A stretch of 64,000 nt of DNA from a virus (IMGVR_UViG_3300036845_000721:67445-131444), one strand, 5' to 3'; counted from the first letter of the stretch, positions 37,034-46,753 are shown. The notes: generated by a model from the sequence alone, not told the origin. Made by a program: numbers and translations.

Positions 37034-37627
37034 GTGGTAAAGATCATCCTGACGGCCGGCATCGGGGTGCTCGTGGCCCGGGCCGCGTTCGGTCACGGCG
37101 GGCTGCGCGCGAACCTGGCCATCATCGCTCAGTACCGGCTGCAGCACCTGCTGGCCGGCCTGCTGGCTATCGCGGCCGTGGCCGGCACGGCGATCGGGCT
37201 GCACTTCGCGGCGCCGTCGGTCTTCGACAAGAACCCGGTCCTGTGGGTCATCGCGGAGATCTTCCATGCCGGCAGCGGCAACGGCCAGGGCAACCTGCTG
37301 TTCACCGGGGTGACGGCCTGGAAGTGGTACGCCGTCATCTTCCTGCCGGTGCTCGCCCTGGCCCTGCCGCGGCTCGCGCGGGCCGAGGAGGTGAAGTACC
37401 GGGCCGGGACCCGGGACTGGCGGCACGGCTGCCTGCGGAGCCTGCGCTTCGGCCTCGTGCACATGACCATGCTCATCCCGTTCGGCGCCTCGCTGGCGCT
37501 GACCTGGGGCGGCCTGCTGTTCACCTGGGCGTACTTCCGGGGCGGCACGGAGGCCAGCACGCTCTACCACGCCGTGTTCAATACCGTGCTCATCGCGGTA
37601 CTGCTCGCCGCGGTGCTCACCGCCTGA
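37034..37627 (+). CDS. CPBP (CAAX protease/Abi family) intramembrane metalloprotease
   Basis: EEVKYR, FGLVH and HAVFN motifs in a multi-TM protein. Confidence 0.8.
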   Translation: MVKIILTAGIGVLVARAAFGHGGLRANLAIIAQYRLQHLLAGLLAIAAVAGTAIGLHFAAPSVFDKNPVLWVIAEIFHAGSGNGQGNLLFTGVTAWKWYAVIFLPVLALALPRLARAEEVKYRAGTRDWRHGCLRSLRFGLVHMTMLIPFGASLALTWGGLLFTWAYFRGGTEASTLYHAVFNTVLIAVLLAAVLTA

Positions 37628-37736
37628 GCAGGCACCCTGCCGTTTCCCCGTGACACGGAGTTACGCTTAGGGGCAGCTAGCCCGCGGCCGTCACGGAGCC
37701 GGGACCCCGATCCCCCGGGAGGTCCCGGCTCCGGTC

Positions 37737-39425
37737 ATGACAGTGCTCGCCGTCGTTCCCGATGTCTGGCTGCCAGACGGCACCGTGCTGCGCGGCAGCG
37801 AAGCGCTCGGTACCCAGCACCCGCGATTCTGGACGGCGCCCGCCCGGCACCGGAACCCCGACCCCGGCTGCGCGGCCTGCGCGAACCCCGGCTACGCCAG
37901 CGGCTGCGGCGATTACCAGGCCGCCGACATGCTGGAGTGGGCGGCCGGGTTCGGCTACGACCTGGACCCGTGGCAGCGGTGGTGGCTGGGCGAGCTGTGC
38001 GGCACCAAGCCGGACGGCCACTGGGCCAGCTTCGAGAACTACCTCGTCATGAGCAGGCAGAACGGGAAAAACACCTGCCTGGAGGTGCGCGAGCTGGCCG
38101 GGCTGTTCCTGTTCGGCGAGTCGATGCTGATCCACACGGCGCACGAGTTCAAGGCCGCCGCCGAGCATTTCCGCCGGGTCCGCGACGCGGTCACCGGCTA
38201 CGACGAGCTGCGCCGCCGCCTGAAGTCGGTCACCACCAGCCACGGCGACGAGGCGATCGAGCTGCGCCCCGCCCCGACGCTCATCTTCGGGTCCGGCGGG
38301 AAGCGCATCCGCCGCAACGTCGCCGCCCGGCTGCGGTTCCTGGCCCGGTCCCGCGGATCCGGGCGCGCGTTCACCGCCGACCTGGTGGTCTACGACGAGG
38401 CGATGATCCTGTCTGATGAGGTGGTGGGGGCCTCGCTGCCGACCCTGTCGGCGGTGCCCAACCCGCAGGTCGTCTACACCGCGTCGGCCGGCTACAAGGA
38501 CAGCGTGCAGCTCGCGTCCGTGCGCCGCCGGGTGCTGCGCCGGGACCCGAAGCTGATGGGCGCCGAGTGGTCCGTTAACCCGCACCTGGACACCTGCCCG
38601 CGCGACGAGCTGCGCGGCCGGTCCGCCAACCGGTACATCGTGTGCCCGCTGCACGACGACCGGGACGACCCGCGGTCCTGGGCGAAGGCCAACCCGGCGC
38701 TCGGCACCCGGATCAGCGCCGAGCACGTCGCGCACGAGCTGGCCGCCATGTCCGGCCCGACATTCGACCGGGAACGCCTCGGCGTCGGCGACTGGCCCGG
38801 CGGCGACGAGTCCTGGGCGGTGCTGTCGGAGGAAGCCTGGGCCGCCTGCGCGATGACTGACCCCGGCGGCGCGGTGCGCCCGGTCGCGTTCGCGGTCGAC
38901 GTCGACCCGGACATGATCAGCGCCTGCATTTCCGCCGCCTGGTACCGGCCGGCTGCGGGCGGCGGGAAGGCGCGGCCGGTGCTGGAGATTCCCCGCGGCT
39001 GCCACCGGGAGGGCACCGCCTGGGTCATCCCGCGGCTGCTGGAGCTGCGCCGGTCCTGGCGCCCGTCCGCCGTCGTCATCCCCAAGAACGGGCCGGCTGC
39101 CGGGCTCGCCGACGGCGCGGAGAACGCCGGGCTGGACATCACCCGGGCCAGCTCGGCCGACGAGGCCGCCGCGTTCGCGCTGATGGTCACCGAGGTCCGG
39201 CGCGCCCCGGAAGACGGGCGGCTCATCCACCTCGGCCGCGAGCTGGCGCCCGGGCTGTGGAGCTCGGTCGCCTCCGCGGAAACCCGCGACGTCGGCGACG
39301 GCGGCCGGGCCTGGTCCCGCCGCGACAGCGCGTCCGACATCACCCCGGTCAGCTCCGCCACCCTCGCGCTGTGGGCGCTGAACGCCCGCCGCCGCAGCTA
39401 CGATCCGCTGAAATCTGTACGGTAA
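37737..39425 (+). CDS. terL: Terminase large subunit
   Basis: LDPWQ, Walker A SRQNGK, TAHEFK, Walker B VVYDEA, FDRERLG, nuclease FAVDV. Confidence 0.95.
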   Translation: MTVLAVVPDVWLPDGTVLRGSEALGTQHPRFWTAPARHRNPDPGCAACANPGYASGCGDYQAADMLEWAAGFGYDLDPWQRWWLGELCGTKPDGHWASFENYLVMSRQNGKNTCLEVRELAGLFLFGESMLIHTAHEFKAAAEHFRRVRDAVTGYDELRRRLKSVTTSHGDEAIELRPAPTLIFGSGGKRIRRNVAARLRFLARSRGSGRAFTADLVVYDEAMILSDEVVGASLPTLSAVPNPQVVYTASAGYKDSVQLASVRRRVLRRDPKLMGAEWSVNPHLDTCPRDELRGRSANRYIVCPLHDDRDDPRSWAKANPALGTRISAEHVAHELAAMSGPTFDRERLGVGDWPGGDESWAVLSEEAWAACAMTDPGGAVRPVAFAVDVDPDMISACISAAWYRPAAGGGKARPVLEIPRGCHREGTAWVIPRLLELRRSWRPSAVVIPKNGPAAGLADGAENAGLDITRASSADEAAAFALMVTEVRRAPEDGRLIHLGRELAPGLWSSVASAETRDVGDGGRAWSRRDSASDITPVSSATLALWALNARRRSYDPLKSVR

Positions 39426-39444
39426 CCGACGAAAGGGCAATGTC

Positions 39445-39729
39445 ATGAACGACATCATGAACAGGGGCACCGGGGACGAAGCCGGGACCGGGACGACTGA
39501 GCCGGCCGCTGCTGAGGAGCGGGAGCCGGCGGGCAAGCCGCAGAGCCAGATCGATGCCGAGGCCCCGCTGGAGGGGGAGGCCGCCGACGCCGCCGCCGCC
39601 GAGTACGCGTCCCGGGTGCCCGGGGAAGAAGGGCTGTCGGTGGAGCCCGCGGGGGAGCCCGGAGAAGACGGCCTCACGGAGCGCGAGCGCGCTGAGCGCG
39701 AGCCCGCTGAGCGCGAGCCCGCTGAGTGA
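39445..39729 (+). CDS. Acidic low-complexity protein with AEREP repeats
   Basis: GAAAGG RBS; composition. Confidence 0.55.
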   Translation: MNDIMNRGTGDEAGTGTTEPAAAEEREPAGKPQSQIDAEAPLEGEAADAAAAEYASRVPGEEGLSVEPAGEPGEDGLTERERAEREPAEREPAE

Positions 39730-39751
39730 CGCCGGCCGGACGGGAAAGGCC

Positions 39752-40372
39752 ATGGCACAGGCAGCAACTCCGGCGGCGCACCGCCATGAGGCCGTCCGGA
39801 GCCTGATGGCCACGCTGCAGCCGAATCCCCGGCTGGACGGCGTGGCCCTGGACATTGCCGTGCGTGCCTGGGAGTTCGCCGTCGCGATGTGCGGCCTGCT
39901 CAACGACGGTCCCGAGCTGGCAGCCGGGCTCCGCAAGCTGCGCGAGGCCAAGGACTGCCTGGTGATCCAGGGCCTGACTGACTCCGGCGCGATTCCCCCG
40001 CTGCCCGGTGAGTTATATGCGCCCGCGCCCGGTGCCTTGCGTGCACGCAAGTCTTATGTCGCGGCGCGGGCCGCACCCCTCGCGGAAAGAGGTAACGATA
40101 TGACAACGGCCATGGAGGACCGGCTGCACGTCGCCGAGCTCACCGGGCAGGCCCGTCGCGCGCCGGCCCCGGCCCGGGTGGCGGTCACGCTGATCGCCGG
40201 GTTCTTCTACGTGATCGGCTGGATCATCGGCGGCACCTGGCGCGGGCTCGCGTTCTGCGCCGTCGCCGCCCGGTACGGCTACTGGCAGGGCCTCGGCCTG
40301 GACGACGGGCAGATCGCCGCCCGGCTCGCCGCCAGGAACCCGCCCGCGCCCGCGCCCGAGCCGGCCCGGTAG
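39752..40372 (+). CDS. Hypothetical ORF (GPELAAGLRKLREAKDC domain) in frame with a downstream membrane protein starting at 40100
   Basis: GAAAGG RBS at the first start, GAGG RBS at the internal ATG; no stop between them. Confidence 0.5.
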   Translation: MAQAATPAAHRHEAVRSLMATLQPNPRLDGVALDIAVRAWEFAVAMCGLLNDGPELAAGLRKLREAKDCLVIQGLTDSGAIPPLPGELYAPAPGALRARKSYVAARAAPLAERGNDMTTAMEDRLHVAELTGQARRAPAPARVAVTLIAGFFYVIGWIIGGTWRGLAFCAVAARYGYWQGLGLDDGQIAARLAARNPPAPAPEPAR

Positions 40373-40374
40373 CC

Positions 40375-40581
40375 ATGCCGTACGAAATCCGCCCGGTGAC
40401 CAAGGCCGGCGTCAAGGTCGGCGAGAAGGTCTACAACACCGAGACCGGGCACGCGGCCAGCACCCGGCCGCTCGATCACGTCACCGCGGTCAAGCAGTTC
40501 CGGTTGCTGGAAGGGCTGGAGAACGGCTGGACGCCGACCGGCAAGCCGAGCGACCTGGACAGGAAAGACACGCCCGGGTGA
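40375..40581 (+). CDS. Small hypothetical protein
   Basis: ORF with coding-like composition. Confidence 0.6.
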   Translation: MPYEIRPVTKAGVKVGEKVYNTETGHAASTRPLDHVTAVKQFRLLEGLENGWTPTGKPSDLDRKDTPG

Positions 40582-40623
40582 GGGATACCTGGACGAGGGG
40601 CGCTAGCACGCGATAATGGCCTG

Positions 40624-40809
40624 GTGAAGCTGATCGTGGAGCTGGACGACGCCACCGACGCGGACCGGCTGACGAGGATCCTGGCGGCGCTGGCGGCGCA
40701 CCGGCCGTACGTCCGGGCCGGCCTGATTGTCGTCTCCGGCACCGACAGCGACGGCGACTGCGCCGCTGCCGGCACTGGCGGCGGCGGTCTCGGAACGGAG
40801 TGGTGGTAA
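40624..40809 (+). CDS. Small hypothetical protein
   Basis: ORF, TAATG coupling. Confidence 0.45.
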   Translation: MKLIVELDDATDADRLTRILAALAAHRPYVRAGLIVVSGTDSDGDCAAAGTGGGGLGTEWW

Positions 40810-40973
40810 TGCAGAGACTTGTCCTGGTGACGCACCCGTTCGATGACGGGGAGATGGTGCAGGCCGCGGTGGCCGCCATCCAGGCGGCGGGCAGCGTCAG
40901 CTACACCGACGCGTCCGGGGCCACGGTCAGCGTGACCGTCGGCGACGTCACGGTGGAGTCCGTCCCTGAATGA
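40809..40973 (+). CDS. Small hypothetical protein (54 aa, MQRLVLVTHPF...)
   Basis: Translated by hand. Confidence 0.5.
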   Translation: MQRLVLVTHPFDDGEMVQAAVAAIQAAGSVSYTDASGATVSVTVGDVTVESVPE

Positions 40974-40974
40974 G

Positions 40975-41280
40975 GTGACGGCGGCCCTGCTCGATGAGGG
41001 GGTGACGGCGGACGTCGCCGCCTCGGTGGCCGGCCGCCTGCCCGAGTACAAGCCGGACACCCTGCAGGCGCAGGTCATCCAGGCGGCCAGCGCGATGACG
41101 GAAATCGGCATCCCGTTCGCGATGCAGGTCCGGGTGTTCATGCGGGCGTTCGGCGTCGGCATCGGCGGCGGCGGCGGTGCCGGGTCGGGCGGGCCGGCGC
41201 CGGATCCGTGCCCGTGGTGCCGCGGCACCGGGTCGCACGGCGGCTTCTGTCCCGGTCCCGCGCTCGGCTACCTGCCGTGA
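40975..41280 (+). CDS. Hypothetical protein with CPWC...H..FC motif
   Basis: ORF. Confidence 0.5.
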   Translation: MTAALLDEGVTADVAASVAGRLPEYKPDTLQAQVIQAASAMTEIGIPFAMQVRVFMRAFGVGIGGGGGAGSGGPAPDPCPWCRGTGSHGGFCPGPALGYLP

Positions 41281-41483
41281 GCCGCCGGGTCGTCATCCCG
41301 CGGGCCGCGCTGGTGCCCGAGATCGAGTTCGCCATCGCCTACACCCGGGCCTGCAACCCGGACCGTGACTTGACCGGGGAGGAAGACCGCGGGCTGCTGG
41401 CCGCCGCGATCGTGGACCTGCTGTACGAGCGCGCCGCGGCCGGGCTGTCCGGCATGCGGATCACCGAGAAGGACCCGGCGTGA
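41277..41483 (+). CDS. Small hypothetical protein
   Basis: GTGA coupling. Confidence 0.5.
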   Translation: MSRRVVIPRAALVPEIEFAIAYTRACNPDRDLTGEEDRGLLAAAIVDLLYERAAAGLSGMRITEKDPA

Positions 41484-41495
41484 GGGAGGCCCCCC

Positions 41496-41999
41496 GTGAC
41501 AGGATTCACCGGCACCGTCCACGGTCCGCGCGGCCAGCGGCTGACCGTCACGCGTGACGTCACGGAGGTTTCCTACCTGACCGACCTGGACCGCAACTGG
41601 ACGTACACCGACCGGAACGGGCACCGGCACTACTGCGACTACGAGGCCGCGGACCACTACCCCACCCTGCTGGCCGTCTATGACGAGGACCACTGGTGCG
41701 CGGACTGCGGCGGCGATTACGCCCCGCTCGATCACTGGGAGTGCCGTCAGTGCGGTGAGCAGGTTACGCCCGGCATGACCGGTCCCGGCGTCCTCCGCGT
41801 GCCTGGCCTGGAGGAATGGACGCTGACCGAGACCCTGACCGGGGACGATGCCCGCCGCGCCATCGAGTCCGGCGACTGCGATTCCGTCACGGCCCGCGGC
41901 AGCCTGATCGAGGCGGTCCGCACCCGGTACCTGAGCCGTGAGGAGGGCCGGGAACTGCTCGCGGCCTGGTCCGGAATGGCAGCCGGCGACGGAAAGTGA
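41496..41999 (+). CDS. Hypothetical protein with CADC...CRQC Zn ribbon
   Basis: ORF; GGAGG suggests the start may be GTG 41517. Confidence 0.65.
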   Translation: MTGFTGTVHGPRGQRLTVTRDVTEVSYLTDLDRNWTYTDRNGHRHYCDYEAADHYPTLLAVYDEDHWCADCGGDYAPLDHWECRQCGEQVTPGMTGPGVLRVPGLEEWTLTETLTGDDARRAIESGDCDSVTARGSLIEAVRTRYLSREEGRELLAAWSGMAAGDGK

Positions 42000-42116
42000 T
42001 CAGGCCAGGCTGGCTCAGCTGCTGAACTCGGCGTAACGTGCTGTTTAGCCATTAGCCCGCGGCCGGAACGGAGCCGGGTCTCCGTCGTTTCCAGCCGCAG
42101 GGAGTGTCCCAGGTCC

Positions 42117-43676
42117 GTGGGACTGATTGAGCGTATCCAGGCGAGCCGCACCGAGCAGCGCGTCATCGGCGGTGTCCCCTGGCGGCCGTGGGACAGCCCG
42201 TACTGGAAGTTCGACACAGGCGGGCCGGTGCATCCCAGCCGGGCGATGTTCGGCACTGACCGGGCGCTCGGGCTGCCCGCGCTGTACTCCGGGGTCCGGC
42301 TGCTGGCCGAGTCGGCCGCGGCGCTGCCGCTCAAGCTCTACACCCGGGCGAACGACAATCGCACCCACCGGTACAACGGCCCGTCGATTTTCGACAAGCC
42401 GTCCGCGGACGGGACGATCTTCGACTGGATCTTCACCGCCATGACGTCGCTGCTACTGCAGGGCAACGCGTGGGGGTTCATCACCGGCAACGACGGCTAC
42501 GGCTACCCGACCGGCATCGAGTGGATCCCGCCGGAGGACGTGATCTGCGTCAATGACGAGATGCAGCCGTGGAACCCGATGCGGACCCGGATCTACGCTT
42601 ACGGGCGGCTGATAGACCGCAATGACCTGTTCCATGTCAAGGCGTTCAGCCTGGCCGGGCGCACCGAGGGCATCTCGGTGCTGCGCGCGTTCGCGGCGAC
42701 CATCATGGCCGGCCTGGAGGCCGAGCGGTACGGCACCGACTGGTACCTCGCGGGAGGTTTCCCGCCCGGCACGTTCCAGAACACCGAGATCGAGATCAAC
42801 GAGGAGCAGGCCGGCGAGATCCGGTCGATCCTGCTCGGCTCGCTGCGGCAGCGCGCCCCGCTGGTGTACGGCCGCGACTGGGACTACAAGCCGGTCGTGG
42901 TGCCGCCGTCCGAGGCGCAGTTCATCGAGGCGCTGCGGATGAACGCGACGATGGTCGCGTCGGTGCTGGGGCTGCCGCCGGACCGGATCGGCGGCACCCG
43001 GGGCGACTCGCTGACGTACAACACGGTGGAGCAGTCCACGCTGCAGGTGATCGAGGCGCTGCGGCCGTGGCTGGTGCGGCTGGAGACGGCGTTCTTCGAG
43101 CTGCTGCCGTCCAACCGGTACGTCCGGTTCAACAGTGATGCGCTATTGAAAACCGATCTCAAGACCAGGACCGAGATTTACCAGATCCAGCGGGACATCG
43201 GCATGCTCAGCATCGATGAGATCCGCGATATCGAGGACATGGAGCCGCTGCCCGGCGGCCAGGGGAACGAGAACATCCCGCTCGAAGTCATGGTCGCGAT
43301 GGCCCGCTCGATCCGCGGTATCCCGAAGACGATGCTGCCGGCCACCGTGCTGGAGATGGACCTGGCGGCCGACAAGCTGGAGGAGCTGGAAAAAGAGGGC
43401 CTGGCCCAGCCGGACATTCCCGGCCAGCCGGTGGTGCCCTCCTCGTCGCAGATGCTCGGGCAGGTCATCGGCTCTCAGCGGCACTACGGCGGCAGCCGCG
43501 AGGAGCGCGAGGACGCGGACCTTATCTGGAACTTCCTGCAGGCGCGGCGGGCGGCCCTGGCCGCGCAGGCACGGAAGCAGGCGGACGGGCCGGAGTTCGT
43601 CGGGGCGTGGATACCGTCCCGGCGTGATCTGGTCACGTCCGCGAACGGCAACGGTAACGGGCTCGGTGGTCACTGA
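42117..43676 (+). CDS. Phage portal protein, HK97 family, with long C-terminal extension
   Basis: ALGLPALYSGVRLLAE, LLQGNAW, G.S.L..., AQFIE......T.VASVLGLPP, TY..VEQ, R.EIY...L..DEIR..E motifs. Confidence 0.95.
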   Translation: MGLIERIQASRTEQRVIGGVPWRPWDSPYWKFDTGGPVHPSRAMFGTDRALGLPALYSGVRLLAESAAALPLKLYTRANDNRTHRYNGPSIFDKPSADGTIFDWIFTAMTSLLLQGNAWGFITGNDGYGYPTGIEWIPPEDVICVNDEMQPWNPMRTRIYAYGRLIDRNDLFHVKAFSLAGRTEGISVLRAFAATIMAGLEAERYGTDWYLAGGFPPGTFQNTEIEINEEQAGEIRSILLGSLRQRAPLVYGRDWDYKPVVVPPSEAQFIEALRMNATMVASVLGLPPDRIGGTRGDSLTYNTVEQSTLQVIEALRPWLVRLETAFFELLPSNRYVRFNSDALLKTDLKTRTEIYQIQRDIGMLSIDEIRDIEDMEPLPGGQGNENIPLEVMVAMARSIRGIPKTMLPATVLEMDLAADKLEELEKEGLAQPDIPGQPVVPSSSQMLGQVIGSQRHYGGSREEREDADLIWNFLQARRAALAAQARKQADGPEFVGAWIPSRRDLVTSANGNGNGLGGH

Positions 43677-43691
43677 TGAGAGGTCTGTTAA

Positions 43692-44717
43692 ATGAGTGAG
43701 CCCCGGGCCGCGCTGACATCAGCGGCCATCAACGATCTCCCTGATAGCGCATTCGCTCACATAGAGCCAGGGGGCACGAAGGACTCGTCGGGCAAGACGA
43801 CACCCAGGAGCAAGCGGCACTTTCCCGTGCATGACGAGGCACATACCAGGAATGCCCTGTCGCGGGCGCCGCAGAGCCCGTTCGGCAAGTCGGCGATGCC
43901 GAAGATCCTGGCCGCGGCCAAGAAATTCGGCATCAACGTGTCGGCCGACAACCGGGCCGCGTTCGGCTTCTCCGAGCCGGACGGCATCCCCGAGCGCCGG
44001 TTCACCCGGTTCCCGCCGGAAGTCCGCACCGAGAACGGCGAGGGGCCGCAGTACATCTACGGCTACGCCGCCGCGTTCGGCAAGCTGAGCCGCAAGCTGG
44101 GCGGTTTCGTGGAGCAGGTCGACCCGATCGCGTTCAACGAGGCCAAGACCGCCGGCTGGCCGGACGTGGTGTGCCGGTACAACCACCGTGACGACCAGCT
44201 GCTCGGCACTACCTACGCGCGCACGCTGCGGCTGGCCACCGACCAGACCGGGCTGGTGTACGAGGTGGAGCCGCCGAAGTCCCGCGGCGACGTGCTGGAG
44301 TACGTGCAGCGCGGCGACGTGCGGCACAGCTCGTTCGCGTTCCGGGTCTATCCCGGCGGCGACGAGTGGGGCGTGTCGGAGTTCAACTACCCGATGCGGA
44401 CCCTGCTGAGCGTGCAGCTGGTCGACGTCGCGCCCGTGCTCGATCCCGCCTACCCGGACGCCACCGCCGGCGCCCGCGCGCTCAACGGCGCGGTGCAGAG
44501 CCTCGCCGACTGGGTGCAGGCCGACGTGGAGGAAGTCCGGTCCCGGCTGACCGAGGGCCGCGGCATGGAGTTCTTCCGCCGGTTCCGCGACGTGGACGGC
44601 GGCAGGCCGAAGCCCGACCAGCGGCTCAAGCCGCCCAAGAAGCCGGTACTTACCGGTGCCCAGGCGCTGCTCACGCTGCAGGCCAACATGGAAGACCCGT
44701 ACGCCGACGAGGAGTAG
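43692..44717 (+). CDS. HK97-family prohead (capsid maturation) protease with an N-terminal extra domain
   Basis: GYAAAFG.LSR.LGGFVEQVDP.AF, YNH...LLG, SSFAFRV, L.DVAPV..PAY.DA. Confidence 0.93.
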   Translation: MSEPRAALTSAAINDLPDSAFAHIEPGGTKDSSGKTTPRSKRHFPVHDEAHTRNALSRAPQSPFGKSAMPKILAAAKKFGINVSADNRAAFGFSEPDGIPERRFTRFPPEVRTENGEGPQYIYGYAAAFGKLSRKLGGFVEQVDPIAFNEAKTAGWPDVVCRYNHRDDQLLGTTYARTLRLATDQTGLVYEVEPPKSRGDVLEYVQRGDVRHSSFAFRVYPGGDEWGVSEFNYPMRTLLSVQLVDVAPVLDPAYPDATAGARALNGAVQSLADWVQADVEEVRSRLTEGRGMEFFRRFRDVDGGRPKPDQRLKPPKKPVLTGAQALLTLQANMEDPYADEE

Positions 44718-44821
44718 TACCCCCGGAAACACAAGAAACGCAAGCGCGCTGCAGGCCGTAGCTGCAAACGGACGGAGCCAGTGCAGGTGCAGATGGCTGC
44801 AAATCGAAAGGAATCACGGAC

Positions 44822-46075
44822 ATGCCATCTGAAGTTGCCAAGAGGCTCCGCGACCGCCGCCTGAACGTGTGGGAGGAAGCGAAGGGCATCGCCGAGAAGG
44901 CTGCCGAGGAGAACCGCGCCCTGACCGAGGAGGAGCAGGGCCGCTGGGACGCCTACCAGGAGGAGATGGGCAAGCTGGACACGCGCATCCGCGCGGTCCT
45001 GGACACCGAGAAGCGCGCCAAGGAAGCCGACGACGCGTTCGACGCCCTCTCCGGCCGCAAGCCCGATCAGGGGCAGGCCGCCCGCACCGCCGGCGGCGGC
45101 CGGATGCTGGAGGATATCCGCAAGTGGGCGCGCGGTGAGGAGGGTTCCGGGCGGGTCATGGAAGTCCGTCGCGCCCCGGAGCTCGGCCCGATCAACTACC
45201 GGGTGCTGATGACCGGCGCCGGAAACGCATCTTCTATCGTGCCGATCGACTTCTACGACATGCTTATCGCACACCTGATCGAGGTGTCCGGGGTCATGCA
45301 GTGCGGTCCCACCGTGCTCAACACCGGAGGCGGCGAGACGCTGCAGGTCCCCAAGACCACCAGCCACTCCTCGGCCGCGTCGGCCGCCCAGGCCGGCTCG
45401 CTGCCGACCTCCGACCCGGGCTTCTCCACCCAGCCGCTGAGCGCTTTCAAGTACGGAGTGCTACTCCAGGTAGCGCGGGAGCTGATCGATGACACCGCCG
45501 TCGACCTGCTCGGCTACCTGGCCATGCAGGCCGGCCGGGCGCTCGGCAACGCGTTCGGCAACGACCTGGTCAACGGGACCGGGACCGGGCAGCCGTCCGG
45601 CCTGATCACCACCGCGACCGCGGGCGTGACCGGCTCGGTGACCGGCGTGTCCGGCGCCCCGTCCTATGCCAACCTGGTCGACCTGGAGTACAGCGTCATC
45701 GCGCCCTACCGCCAGTCGCGCAGCTGCTACTGGCTGGCCGCCGACAAGACCATCGGAGGCTTCCGCAAGATCACCGACACCGTGGGCCGCCCGATCTGGG
45801 AGCCGTCCGCGGTGCTGGGCAGCCCCGACCTGCTGCTCGGCAAGCCGCTGGTGGCTGACCCGTTCATGCCCGCCATGGCGACCAGCGCCAAGTCCATCCT
45901 GTTCGGCGACTTCAGCCAGTTCTTCGTGAGACTGGTGGGAGGCGTGCGGTTCGAGAGGTCGGACGACTTCGCTTTCGGTAGCGATTTGGTCACGTTCCGT
46001 GCCATCCTGCGCGGCGACGGCACGCTAGTCGACAGAACCGGCGCCATCCGGTACTACGCCGGCGCCGGAACCTGA
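44822..46075 (+). CDS. Major capsid protein, HK97 family
   Basis: N-terminal coiled-coil delta domain, L.VP, S.ELI.D, GTGTGQP.GL, LLGKP, FGDF, FRAI.R.DG. Confidence 0.95.
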   Translation: MPSEVAKRLRDRRLNVWEEAKGIAEKAAEENRALTEEEQGRWDAYQEEMGKLDTRIRAVLDTEKRAKEADDAFDALSGRKPDQGQAARTAGGGRMLEDIRKWARGEEGSGRVMEVRRAPELGPINYRVLMTGAGNASSIVPIDFYDMLIAHLIEVSGVMQCGPTVLNTGGGETLQVPKTTSHSSAASAAQAGSLPTSDPGFSTQPLSAFKYGVLLQVARELIDDTAVDLLGYLAMQAGRALGNAFGNDLVNGTGTGQPSGLITTATAGVTGSVTGVSGAPSYANLVDLEYSVIAPYRQSRSCYWLAADKTIGGFRKITDTVGRPIWEPSAVLGSPDLLLGKPLVADPFMPAMATSAKSILFGDFSQFFVRLVGGVRFERSDDFAFGSDLVTFRAILRGDGTLVDRTGAIRYYAGAGT

Positions 46076-46141
46076 CGGCAGTGGCCCCTCCCGCCGGGCG
46101 AGTGGCCGCGCGGCGGGAGGGGAACCAGGAGGGAGGCTAGC

Positions 46142-46753
46142 ATGCCTGATCGGACAGTCCGGGTCAGGATGACCGCCAGCCTGTCTGGCAGCAGCCCGGA
46201 CCGGGACTGGCGCGCTTTCCCGGCCGGCTCCGAACTGGATGTAGAGGACTGGGAAGCCGATGAGCTGGTGCGCGGCGCCCAGGTAGCGGTTGAGATTCCT
46301 GGCCGGCAAGCCGTCGCCGCCAGGGAAAAGGGCACGGGCGATGCTCTGGCTGAGCCCGAGCCCGTGGCGGAGGTCCCGGCTGAGACCGAGCCCGAGGCCG
46401 GGGCCTCCGTAACTGCCGGGACCCCGGAGGCCGAGATCTCGCCGGTCACCGAGGTGTCGCCGCTCGCGGAGACGGCCGGGACCGCCGCCGGGCAGCAGCT
46501 GCCGGGCACCCCGCCGCCCCCGGAGCCGGCGCAGGAGCCGCCCCCGGAGCCGGTTCAGGAACCGCCCCCGGAACTGGCTCAGGAACCGCCCCCGGCTCCG
46601 GCCGAAGCTGCACCGCTGCCTTCGAGGCCGCCGAGCCCGCACGCCAGCAAGCAGCACTGGATCGACTACGCGGTCACGCGCGGCGAGGACCCGGTCACCG
46701 CCGCGGCCATGGCCAAAGCGGACCTGATGAGCAAGTACGGAGGCCGGCTGTAA
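46142..46753 (+). CDS. Pro/Glu-rich protein with a conserved C-terminal helical motif (ASKQHWIDYAV...KADLM)
   Basis: GGAGG RBS; QEPPPE repeats. Confidence 0.65.
   Translation: MPDRTVRVRMTASLSGSSPDRDWRAFPAGSELDVEDWEADELVRGAQVAVEIPGRQAVAAREKGTGDALAEPEPVAEVPAETEPEAGASVTAGTPEAEISPVTEVSPLAETAGTAAGQQLPGTPPPPEPAQEPPPEPVQEPPPELAQEPPPAPAEAAPLPSRPPSPHASKQHWIDYAVTRGEDPVTAAAMAKADLMSKYGGRL

Noticed and set aside
46500-46600. QEPPPE repeats, plus coding repeats at 20320-20400 (30 bp x3), 39685-39725 (15 bp) and 49530-49625 (33 bp)
   Set aside because: Ordinary in-frame low-complexity linkers; no evidence of a separate DNA-level function.
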